Notes: a model not told the origin generated them from the letters alone. DNA of 32,000 nt from Geotalea daltonii FRC-32 (GCF_000022265.1 NC_011979.1:4080001-4112000); one strand, 5' to 3'; positions 1 to 7,012 are shown, counted from the stretch's first letter. A program made the numbers and translations.

Positions 1-757
1 CGGCACAGACTCTGTCTAGCAATTCAACCAAGGCAAGACGTGGTTTATTCTTCTCCACCACGCTGGCCCCCTGGGTCAACTTTTCCACAAACCCGCCACT
101 GCCAAGGATTCGCTCATCAAAGGCGGCTATTTCTTTGATCTCCATGCAATCGGGCTGGCTGCGCTTAAGTCCGCCCCCGACCAGATCCTGGCGATGTCCT
201 GTGGTAATTCCATCGGCGACGAACTGCCAATAGCCACGAACTGCGCGTGCCCTGGTATTTCCAAAACGTGTCAGTACCTCGTCCGTCTCCTGACCTTCCA
301 TGGCCCGCTTACCGAGTAATACTGCATGGCCACTCCACGGGTAGCTTCCCAGTTCATTCATATCGGAAACCATGCCCGCTCGTAGCGGGTTCAAATGGAT
401 ATAGCGCACAAGTTCGAGAAAGTAAGGATCCTCCTCGCAGAGTATGGACTTGTAGCGGTTCTGGAACAGATGGCCGCAGCGCTGATATTTGCGATTAAAG
501 TAAACGGCATAACCGGTCAGCAGACGGCGCATGGTTTCAGCAAGAGAAACTCTGGTCGGCATGAGAAGCAGATGTAAATGGTTTGACATGAGCGCCCAAG
601 CATAACACTTGGTGGCGCTTTTCGTGAGCAGGGCAGAAAGGCTTGCCACAAAACGTTCCTTGTCAGCATCTTCAGCGAAAATGTCACGGCGTTCGATCCC
701 GCGAACAATGACGTGATGGAGGACGTCGGGTATGTCAAGACGTGGTTGGCGTGGCAT
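1..757 (-). CDS. IS200/IS605-like (Y1/HUH, REP-associated-type) transposase family protein; 3' end runs off the left window edge
   Basis: Absent from the ORF track because it is cut by the window edge. Hand translation of the reverse strand from the ATG at 755-757 gives an open frame down to position 2. It reads MPRQPRLDIPDVLHHVIVRGIERRDIF..., then WALMSNHLHLLLMP (HUH-type His-hydrophobic-His), then GHLFQNRYKSILCEEDPYFLELVRYIHLNPLRAG (Tyr region). The visible tail ...NKPRLALVELLDRVCA is the start of the HTH-like extension often seen in this family. Confidence 0.85.
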   Translation of the reverse strand, partial: MPRQPRLDIPDVLHHVIVRGIERRDIFAEDADKERFVASLSALLTKSATKCYAWALMSNHLHLLLMPTRVSLAETMRRLLTGYAVYFNRKYQRCGHLFQNRYKSILCEEDPYFLELVRYIHLNPLRAGMVSDMNELGSYPWSGHAVLLGKRAMEGQETDEVLTRFGNTRARAVRGYWQFVADGITTGHRQDLVGGGLKRSQPDCMEIKEIAAFDERILGSGGFVEKLTQGASVVEKNKPRLALVELLDRVCA

Positions 758-810
758 GAGCGCAAGCTAACATAAGTATTGCTCAGTGACAATAGTTAAT
801 TAGCAAGCAA

Positions 811-843
811 CGTCCCCCTAGCCGCCCCGTCCCCCTAGCCGCC
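811..843. repeat. Tandem direct duplication of CGTCCCCCTAGCCGCC (811-826 and 828-843, 17-bp period)
   Basis: Read directly from the sequence. It lies between the transposase start (757) and the regulator remnant, so it may be an element end or an insertion scar. Confidence 0.9.
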
Positions 844-1028
844 CGGGTGATGCGCTTCTTTTTGATGAAGAAGAGCGAAAGCCGCCGGTTGATTTCCTTT
901 TGCAGTTTGACGCGCTGTTGGAGTTAAACGAGGAAGAGAAAAAAGTGGTGAGGGCGGTGCTTGACGGCCTGGTTCTGCGGCATCAGGCTAAAAAGTTCAT
1001 GGACAGGCAACATGCAGAAACGCCGTGA
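822..1028 (+). pseudogene. 3' remnant of a small XRE-type HTH regulator gene (no start codon, HTH part missing)
   Basis: The frame is open from the TAG at 819-821 to the TGA at 1026-1028 with no usable start codon. It reads ...LLFDEEERKPPVDFLLQFDALLELNEEEKKVVRAVLDGLVLRHQAKKFMDRQHAETP*. This resembles the C-terminal tail of ~110-aa XRE-family regulators, and it is followed by its own terminator. Confidence 0.5.
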
Positions 1029-1064
1029 AACCCTGTAGTCTAAGGCTTCACGGCGTTTTGTTTG
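1018..1064 (+). terminator. Rho-independent terminator
   Basis: A 12-bp perfect stem, AAACGCCGTGAA (1018-1029) pairing with TTCACGGCGTTT (1047-1058), followed by TTTTGTTT. Confidence 0.7.
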
Positions 1065-1097
1065 GTCAGGTTGTCTCATGTCTGGGGCTGACCCTGC

Positions 1098-1436
1098 CTA
1101 TTTACCCCTAAATTCCAACACAACAGAATCGTTACTGGAATTTTTCAAGCGAATTCCTCTGTTATTTGCGACAGCTAGCCAGAATATAGCCATGAATGAT
1201 GAGAGAGGCATTAAGACGGCAAACCGGGACAACGTATAAAATGTACCCAACTTGTTACCTTGCTTTTTCCTTTCGCCTTCTTGCATGTGCATTAACAATT
1301 GCAATGATGAAAGGATGACCCTAGCTCGCCAACCGCATATTGAGACGTCAAAGTCCTTGTTTTCATTCAACAACCTTTTTGCCTTCGCACCAAAGCCACG
1401 TTCACTATACTCTAGCACTTCCGCCTGATTTCCCAT
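1098..1436 (-). CDS. Small membrane protein, candidate cognate immunity protein of the upstream Rhs
   Basis: A 112-aa ORF whose ATG (1434-1436) lies 1 nt after the Rhs stop codon (1438-1440). It has one clear hydrophobic helix, FAVLMPLSSFMAIFWLAVA. Its position matches the usual rhs-rhsI arrangement. I recognise no family. Confidence 0.5.
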   Translation of the reverse strand: MGNQAEVLEYSERGFGAKAKRLLNENKDFDVSICGWRARVILSSLQLLMHMQEGERKKQGNKLGTFYTLSRFAVLMPLSSFMAIFWLAVANNRGIRLKNSSNDSVVLEFRGK

Positions 1437-1437
1437 T

Positions 1438-4400
1438 TTAATTCCCCATCGTTACACAGCTAATCCATGCTGCCGTACACGCAGCAAGACAGACTCCCTT
1501 ACCCACAACACCTCCCGGACAGCGGGTGGTGCAAAAAGCCGTACACACTCTGAACATTGCACTACATCCGGTTCCAGGTGGCTTCGGTGGCTTTATCGGT
1601 GGTCTTGGCGGTGGTGGTATTGTTGGAATTGTGGGTGGTGGTTTTGGCAGTGGTCCTACAGCAGCTTCTCCAGTGGGATCGGTCCAATTCACAGGGTTGT
1701 TGTCGACGTAAGCATAGAGATTTATCCCCCCAGCGAACCCTATCGGATCTTTTTGAATATACCGCCCGATTGCCGGATTATAATCCCTAAAATAATTGTA
1801 GTTGTTCCCCGTCTCGCCGTCTGCATACTGGCCCGGAAATCTGAAATTGAGACTGGCCAAGCCAGTGATAGTTGCATTATCCCCAAATGGCCTTGCCTCT
1901 ACCTCCCACGCTTTAGCCCCGGTTCCGTCAGTCATGAAGGTAGGAGTGCCTAAATGATCGGTATGGATGTAGCTTATGCCGGTTGCGTCGATCTTGGCCA
2001 GCGGCTGGTTGCTCAGGTAGATGTAGTCAGCTTGGGTGCCGTCTGTAGCTGATTCAGCTATGAGTTGTCCTTGCTGATCAAAGATGAAGTAGGTTGTAAT
2101 GCCGTTGACTACCTTCTTGGCGCGTTGCCCATTGGCGTTGTAACTGTAGCTGCCTGTTTGCTCTGCAGTTGCCTGGATCAACCGCTGATTCTGGCTATAG
2201 GTGTATGTCTTGCTGTTTTCGTTCGTTGTGTTGCCGTTGGCGTCATAGCTGAAACTGGCGGGACTCGGGCCGGAAACGCTGGTCAGCTTGTTTGTACCCG
2301 GCTGATAACTATAACTGCTGGTACCGCTGCTGTCGGTCTGAGAGGTTCTGTTGCCAACCCCGTCATAGAGCCAACTTATCGTTCCCCATGGCCCGCTGCC
2401 GCTACCCAGCCGGTCGAGATTGTCGTAAGTGTAGGTCTTGTTCTTGGTATTGTCGAGATTATTGGTGATGGCGGTGATATTGCCATTAGCATCATAGCCG
2501 TAAGTGAGGTTTTGGACAGTTCCGGTAACGATGCTCGCTGGCCGATATTGGTTGTCGTAGGCTATGGTTCTTGCTAAACCGTTGCCGTAGGTGAGTGTTG
2601 TCAGGCCGCCGAAGGGTTTGTAAGTGATACTGCCGGCAAGGGTCGTGGTTATCCCGCCTAGTGTGCCGGTTACGCTGGTTACCCGGTCATTGGTGTAGTT
2701 GTAGGTTATAACCCTGCTGCTTGGATAGGTGATGGTTTTGGTATTGCCGTTCATGTCGTAGGTGTACTGGGTTGTGTAGGCAATACTATCAATTGTTCTT
2801 GTTTCCTTGGCTACCTGTCCTTTCTTCGTGTACTCATAGCTGGTTGTGCCGCTCTGGTCAGTGACAGCGCAGAGCCACCCCTTGCCGTTTGGACAGGTAT
2901 CGTAATTGTAAATGTTTGCCGAGTCTGTGGGAAAGGTTGTCGTGATGAGGCGGTTGGCGGCATCGTAGGTATAGGTTATGGTAATGCCTTTTGCGTCGGT
3001 CTTTGTCTTTAAATTGCCAGCAGGGTCATAGGTGTACGTGGTAGTGCCGGTATCGGGTGAGATGGCTTGATAGACCCTGCCCTTGTCGTCGTACTTGTAG
3101 ACAGTGCTATTGTTATTGCCGTCAGTGACGGTGGCCAGATTGTTGTTTGTGTTGTAGCTGAAGCCTGTGGTGATAGTACCAGGTTGGATCGTAGCGGTAA
3201 CCCGCCTCAAGGCGTCGTACTGGCTGGTGATGGTACTGCCTTTCGGGTCCTTGCTGCTGGTCACATTGCCGAGGCTGTCGTACCCGTACTCTGTGTAGGT
3301 TGCGTCAGGATTTTTGACCTGCTTGAGCCTGTTGAGGGCATCGTACTGGTAGCTGAGGGTCTTTTGCAAAACGCCTGTTGGGTCTTTGATCTCTTCTTTA
3401 AGCTTGTTCCCTTCACTGTCGTAGCTGTAGTTGAGGCTATTCCCAAGTCCGTCGCTAATTTTGCTGAGTTTGCCATTGGTGTCATAGAGGAAATCTAATC
3501 TATTCCCTTCCGGGAAAATCATGTGATCGATACGGTTTGCTACTCCACCGCATGAGCTGCAGCTGCCGGTGGTATAGCCGATCTGAGTAGCGGCGGTGTC
3601 TCCGGGTGCTTTGACGGTGAGTACGCGACCGACGGCATCATAGGTATAAAGGGTAGCATTGCCGTTGGAATCGGTGATAGTTCCTGGGTTGCCAAGGCCA
3701 TCATAGTTGTCATAGGTGGTGCCGACAACGGGCTCGGTTTTGGTAAGCATATTGCCGCTGGCATCGTAGGTGAAGGTGGTCACATCCTGAACATCTGTGC
3801 GAGGGCCGTCTATTTTTTTCAGCCGACTTTGGCTGTCATATTCGTAACTGGTGATGTAGCTGTACGGTGTACCATCGCCTAAAAGGCCTGTTTCGGTGGT
3901 ACTAAGGAGATTGCCTTTGGTGTCATAGTCGTTTGTGGTTACTCGATCCTGTGCAGGATTTACCACGCTTTTTACTTTTTCTGTCAGGACGTTACCGAAT
4001 ATTGGATGGTAGGTGTAGGTGGTGGTTTTTTCTATGGCGGTCCCTTGGGCATCGGTACGGGTAAGCAGGTTGCCAACTGCATCGTAGGTGTAATCAGCGG
4101 CGTATTTGAGCACAAGGTTAGGACTTGCCACCGTACCGGTGTTTTCCCACTTTTCTTCACGGGTGACCCACGTCTGACTGTTTCTGGTGTATCTCGTTTC
4201 ATTGCCGAAAGTATCGGTTACCTTGGCCACCTGCCCGCTCTGGTCAAAGGTGACAACGCGGTTCTGGGTGTTGAGAAGGGTCCCTGTCCCGTCTTTGATT
4301 GTAGTAGTAACTGTCGTTTTTTGCCGCGGAATTATGTAGCTGATGTCGATTGTGCCGGTACCGTGGGTTTGTTTGATAACCTTCCCCTGGGAATCATAGC

Positions 4401-5304
4401 TATTGACGTACATCCCTTCACCTTCGTCAATTGTGGTGAGAAGGTGCTTGTCGTTGGTATCGGTATAGCCATAGAGAGAATTAAACTGCGGAGATGATAC
4501 GGACTTCAAATTGCCGATACTGTCATGGTCGTAGGTGATAGTTCTCGAAAGGCTGTCGGTTATCTGGGTCAGCCGGCCTGTTTGTGCATCATAGGAAAAA
4601 TGAACCCACCTGCCGGTGGGCGTGCCGGTGGTGTCATGTTCTTCAACAGTACTTAACCTATAGTCGTACGCCACAACAAGCGGGTCCGTCTGTAGAACAT
4701 TCCAGGGTAACAGCCCCCAGAGTGGGGCTTTTGTGGCTGCTTCATAACTGAGAACAAGGGAGTTGCCTTTGATGTCTGTCATCGTGGTCAGACGACCATT
4801 AATATCGTATGTTTCCGCTGAGCCGTCTTTCTCAGTATAGGTATGGGTACCGTCGGGATTGGTGGTGAGGATTCCCGTTTCACCTACTGGCGTAGTAAAA
4901 CCTGTACCAGAAGGCATGAAATGTCTTTTCCAACCGGTTTCCTTCCGGATTATGACTGAGCCGTCGGCATAGGTATAAAGTCTCTTGTCGTAGTTATGCG
5001 CCCAACCATAACCCAAGGGGCTGTCATAGCCGGATACACTGGTGTATCGTCTTTTTATGTAGATGGGGAAGTTACCAAGAGTGAGATCGACCCTGCTTAA
5101 CGACTCCGTCCCTGAAACAAGGCTGATGGGTTTGCCAACATAGCCGGGATTCCCTTTTTCTATAATGGTTGCATCGGTCGCCTCGACCTTGTAATCCACA
5201 GCTGCACGAGAAACGCTTGGTAAAAAGCCCCCCCCTACACAGACTACGAGCAGCAGTCTCACCATGCCTATAAACCTTTTATTTTTAGCTACTCCACCCA
5301 GCAT
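1438..5304 (-). CDS. Rhs/YD-repeat protein with a Sec-type signal peptide and a short Pro-rich/Cys-rich C-terminal tip
   Basis: 1288 aa with a strong RBS (GAGGAGGGA) before the ATG at 5304. The N-terminus is MLGGVAKNKRFIGMVRLLLVVCVGGGFLPSVSRA/AV. A DUF6531-like entry segment follows (LVSGTESLSRVDLTLG...IKRRYTS...LGYGWAHNYD). Dozens of YD repeats follow (YTYDAVGN, YEYDSQSRL, YQYDALNRL and others). The Rhs core end reads YIHTDHLGTP...FPGQYADGETGNNYNYFRDYNPAIGRYIQKDPIGFAGGINLYAYVDNNPVNWTDPTGE and is followed by only 75 residues. Confidence 0.95.
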   Translation of the reverse strand: MLGGVAKNKRFIGMVRLLLVVCVGGGFLPSVSRAAVDYKVEATDATIIEKGNPGYVGKPISLVSGTESLSRVDLTLGNFPIYIKRRYTSVSGYDSPLGYGWAHNYDKRLYTYADGSVIIRKETGWKRHFMPSGTGFTTPVGETGILTTNPDGTHTYTEKDGSAETYDINGRLTTMTDIKGNSLVLSYEAATKAPLWGLLPWNVLQTDPLVVAYDYRLSTVEEHDTTGTPTGRWVHFSYDAQTGRLTQITDSLSRTITYDHDSIGNLKSVSSPQFNSLYGYTDTNDKHLLTTIDEGEGMYVNSYDSQGKVIKQTHGTGTIDISYIIPRQKTTVTTTIKDGTGTLLNTQNRVVTFDQSGQVAKVTDTFGNETRYTRNSQTWVTREEKWENTGTVASPNLVLKYAADYTYDAVGNLLTRTDAQGTAIEKTTTYTYHPIFGNVLTEKVKSVVNPAQDRVTTNDYDTKGNLLSTTETGLLGDGTPYSYITSYEYDSQSRLKKIDGPRTDVQDVTTFTYDASGNMLTKTEPVVGTTYDNYDGLGNPGTITDSNGNATLYTYDAVGRVLTVKAPGDTAATQIGYTTGSCSSCGGVANRIDHMIFPEGNRLDFLYDTNGKLSKISDGLGNSLNYSYDSEGNKLKEEIKDPTGVLQKTLSYQYDALNRLKQVKNPDATYTEYGYDSLGNVTSSKDPKGSTITSQYDALRRVTATIQPGTITTGFSYNTNNNLATVTDGNNNSTVYKYDDKGRVYQAISPDTGTTTYTYDPAGNLKTKTDAKGITITYTYDAANRLITTTFPTDSANIYNYDTCPNGKGWLCAVTDQSGTTSYEYTKKGQVAKETRTIDSIAYTTQYTYDMNGNTKTITYPSSRVITYNYTNDRVTSVTGTLGGITTTLAGSITYKPFGGLTTLTYGNGLARTIAYDNQYRPASIVTGTVQNLTYGYDANGNITAITNNLDNTKNKTYTYDNLDRLGSGSGPWGTISWLYDGVGNRTSQTDSSGTSSYSYQPGTNKLTSVSGPSPASFSYDANGNTTNENSKTYTYSQNQRLIQATAEQTGSYSYNANGQRAKKVVNGITTYFIFDQQGQLIAESATDGTQADYIYLSNQPLAKIDATGISYIHTDHLGTPTFMTDGTGAKAWEVEARPFGDNATITGLASLNFRFPGQYADGETGNNYNYFRDYNPAIGRYIQKDPIGFAGGINLYAYVDNNPVNWTDPTGEAAVGPLPKPPPTIPTIPPPPRPPIKPPKPPGTGCSAMFRVCTAFCTTRCPGGVVGKGVCLAACTAAWISCVTMGN

Positions 5305-5348
5305 GCTCCCTCCTCTTTCAAAAGCAACTACCCATCGTAGAATAGGTT

Positions 5349-5855
5349 TTAGTGGCCTGCAAAACCTGCTGACCGATCATCTGGTCCTGGTCCTGGTCCT
5401 GGTCCTGGTCCTGGTCCTGGCCCTGGCCCTGGTCCTGGCCCTGGCGGCGGTGGCGGCGGTGGTGGCCCACAAAGAGAGCAGGAATCTCCGTTGTTGCAAC
5501 AAGCATTGCCGCAACAGGGATCATTACTGCCACAGCAAGGGTCAGTACTGTTACAGCATTTGTCGGTCGGATCGGAACATAACCCTGTGTAAAGGATGCC
5601 ACAGAAGTCATTTCCGCCTTCAATCACAACCTGACCACAAGTCGTACATACTTCAGGGGGATAATAAAGCATCTCAAATCGCGTACAACCACCAGCTTTA
5701 TCGCAGAATGCCTCGGCAACAGAGATGGCTTCAGCTTTCGTATCACATTTTGATGGTCCACACAAACTGACATCCCAACATTGCGCGAAAGATAAATCAG
5801 GCACTAAGACCATGATCATGATTAAGTAACTGACTGTATGAATAAGAACTTTCAC
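5349..5855 (-). CDS. Secreted Cys-rich protein, paralog 1 (DPCCG-repeat module + poly-Pro + (GP)n linker + GFAGH tail)
   Basis: 168 aa with a GTG start at 5853-5855 and AAGGAT 9 nt upstream. The signal peptide is MKVLIHTVSYLIMIMVLVPDLSFA/QC. The mature part has 19 Cys and ends CSDPTDKCCNSTDPCCGSNDPCCGNACCNNGDSCSLCG-P8-(GP)n-DDRSAGFAGH. A paralog lies at 6383-6934. Confidence 0.8.
   Translation of the reverse strand: MKVLIHTVSYLIMIMVLVPDLSFAQCWDVSLCGPSKCDTKAEAISVAEAFCDKAGGCTRFEMLYYPPEVCTTCGQVVIEGGNDFCGILYTGLCSDPTDKCCNSTDPCCGSNDPCCGNACCNNGDSCSLCGPPPPPPPPGPGPGPGPGPGPGPGPGPGPDDRSAGFAGH
5381..5466. repeat. Coding microsatellite: ~10.5 copies of CTGGTC/CTGGCC (Gly-Pro codons on the minus strand) followed by a GGC/GGT run (poly-Pro)
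   Basis: Read directly from the sequence. Hexamers run 5381-5444 and the poly-Pro codon run is 5445-5466. The repeat also generates the artefactual low-complexity shadow ORFs at 5264-5770 and 5318-5623. Confidence 0.95.
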
Positions 5856-6104
5856 CTATTTGTTATCCTTTTGGCTGAATTTGAAATTCTCGCTTATCCA
5901 TAAACCTACTTTTTCAGGTTGCTCAAGACTTTCATTCATTTCAAGGCAGTATTTGAAATTGTAAGCTATCGCTGTAGAAAATGGTAAGACAGAACAAGCG
6001 AACAGTCCCCTTCTTACTTAAACTTTGCTTTAGTTACTACACCCACGACGTCCCCTCCTCCTCAAAAACACTTTCCCTTCGAGAGATCTAACTCCAGTAA
6101 CAAT

Positions 6105-6262
6105 TTAACGGCCTGCAAAATCAGGTAGATCTGATGGTGGCGTCGGTCCAGGTCCTGTTGATCCCGGTCCGGTCGGCCCAGGTCCTGTCGGTGGTGAAGG
6201 TGGCGGTGGCGGGCCACAAGAGAGCAGGAATCTCCATTGTTACAACAAGCATTGCCACAGGG
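6105..6262 (-). pseudogene. Frameshifted, 5'-truncated remnant of a third Cys-rich paralog
   Basis: The reverse strand reads ..RPCGNACCNNGDSCSL, then lacks one T relative to paralog 1 (ctctcttgtggcc versus ctctctttgtgggcc). With the frame restored it continues CGPPPPPSPPTGPGPTGPGSTGPGPTPPSDLPDFAGR* with the stop at 6105-6107. Similarity to paralog 1 stops abruptly upstream, at an in-frame TAA. Confidence 0.6.
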
Positions 6263-6382
6263 TCTTTATGTCTTCGGAATGGCATTAAATCTCCCTCGAC
6301 AGATCGTGCTTCACGCTGCATCCTGTCAAAAAGTGAGTTAGGCGTAATACGAAAGGAGGCAAAAGAACAGCTGTACTCCCTT

Positions 6383-6934
6383 TTATTTGCCAGTAAACCC
6401 CGAAAGATCTGAATCTGGTGCTCGATTTTGTCCGTTTGAGCCGTTTGAACCATTTGAGCCATTTGAGCCCGGTGGTGGCGGGCCACAAGTCACGCAGGAA
6501 TCATTATTGTTGCAACAATCATTGCCGCAACAGGGATCTTTACTGCCACAGCATTTGTCGTAAGGATTTGTGCAGCAAGGATTGGTTGGATCAGAGCAGT
6601 TATTGCAGTAAATCGCTATATTAACTTCAGCCTCTGGATAACATGTACATATAGTTTTTGCACCATCCCAACAAAATCTTTGGCTATATTTAACAACAAG
6701 AGTACGTCTTGAACCGTGGTAAATTTGATCATTATATGGAGCATCACCTATTATTGAACAGCTACAGAACGCATTACCACTGCTCCCGCAAAAGACAGTA
6801 TTAACATGATCAACAGCTTGATCACGAGTCCAACAATCATCAGCAACAGACAAGTTTTCAAAACATAGAACTAGAAGCAAGGTAAAAACAATGTAATATA
6901 TTTTATAAAGAAACCTGCTGATATAGCTCATCAA
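6383..6934 (-). CDS. Secreted Cys-rich protein, paralog 2 (DPCCG-repeat module + poly-Pro + (GSN)4 linker + GFTGK tail)
   Basis: 183 aa with TTG at 6934 or ATG at 6931 as start, and GGAGG at 6944-6948 (reverse strand). The signal peptide is ...FTLLLVLCFENLSVA/DDC. The mature part has 19 Cys and ends CSDPTNPCCTNPYDKCCGSKDPCCGNDCCNNNDSCVTCGPPPP(GSN)4GQNRAPDSDLSGFTGK. Confidence 0.8.
   Translation of the reverse strand: MMSYISRFLYKIYYIVFTLLLVLCFENLSVADDCWTRDQAVDHVNTVFCGSSGNAFCSCSIIGDAPYNDQIYHGSRRTLVVKYSQRFCWDGAKTICTCYPEAEVNIAIYCNNCSDPTNPCCTNPYDKCCGSKDPCCGNDCCNNNDSCVTCGPPPPGSNGSNGSNGSNGQNRAPDSDLSGFTGK
6432..6467. repeat. Coding 9-nt tandem repeat, four copies (CCGTTTGAG / CCGTTTGAA / CCATTTGAG / CCATTTGAG), encoding (GSN)4
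   Basis: Read directly from the sequence. Confidence 0.95.
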
Positions 6935-7012
6935 TATATACTACCTCCAGAAGTTTCTTCTGTGGTTCTATGCTTTCTCAAGCGATTTTGATTGTACCAT
7001 CTCTATGACAAC

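Noticed and set aside
247-792. ORFs 247-498 (+), 395-577 (+) and 517-792 (-)
   Set aside because: All overlap the edge-truncated transposase frame, which reads through without a stop and has the HUH/Tyr motifs. ORF 517-792 is an out-of-frame minus-strand reading that overlaps the same gene.
1526-4497. Plus-strand ORFs inside the rhs gene (1526-1711, 1557-1790, 1753-1953, 2065-2577, 3067-3498, 4006-4497) and short minus-strand ORFs in other frames (3261-3485, 3540-3764)
   Set aside because: They lie antisense to, or out of frame with, a long CDS that has unmistakable YD-repeat and Rhs-core signatures. Their products are low-complexity (G/V-rich) and have no RBS context. They are shadow ORFs.
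1438-5304. T6SS-delivered Rhs effector
   Set aside because: The N-terminus is a Sec-type signal peptide followed by a DUF6531-like segment. I see no PAAR-like Cys/His pattern and no VgrG, Hcp or Tss genes in the 32 kb. A T6SS elsewhere in the genome cannot be excluded.
5264-5770. 168-aa plus-strand ORF and 101-aa minus-strand ORF (5318-5623) containing (LV)n / (DQ)n runs
   Set aside because: Both are alternative-frame readings of the GP-encoding hexanucleotide microsatellite. The frame giving a signal peptide plus the conserved Cys module (5349-5855) is the one supported by the paralog.
6121-6486. 121-aa minus-strand ORF, plus 6134-6412, 6285-6488 and 6418-6624
   Set aside because: They span the paralog remnant and the 3' end of paralog 2 in non-homologous frames. 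They have no signal peptide, and the real homology (the CGNACCNNGDSCSL stretch) is in another frame.
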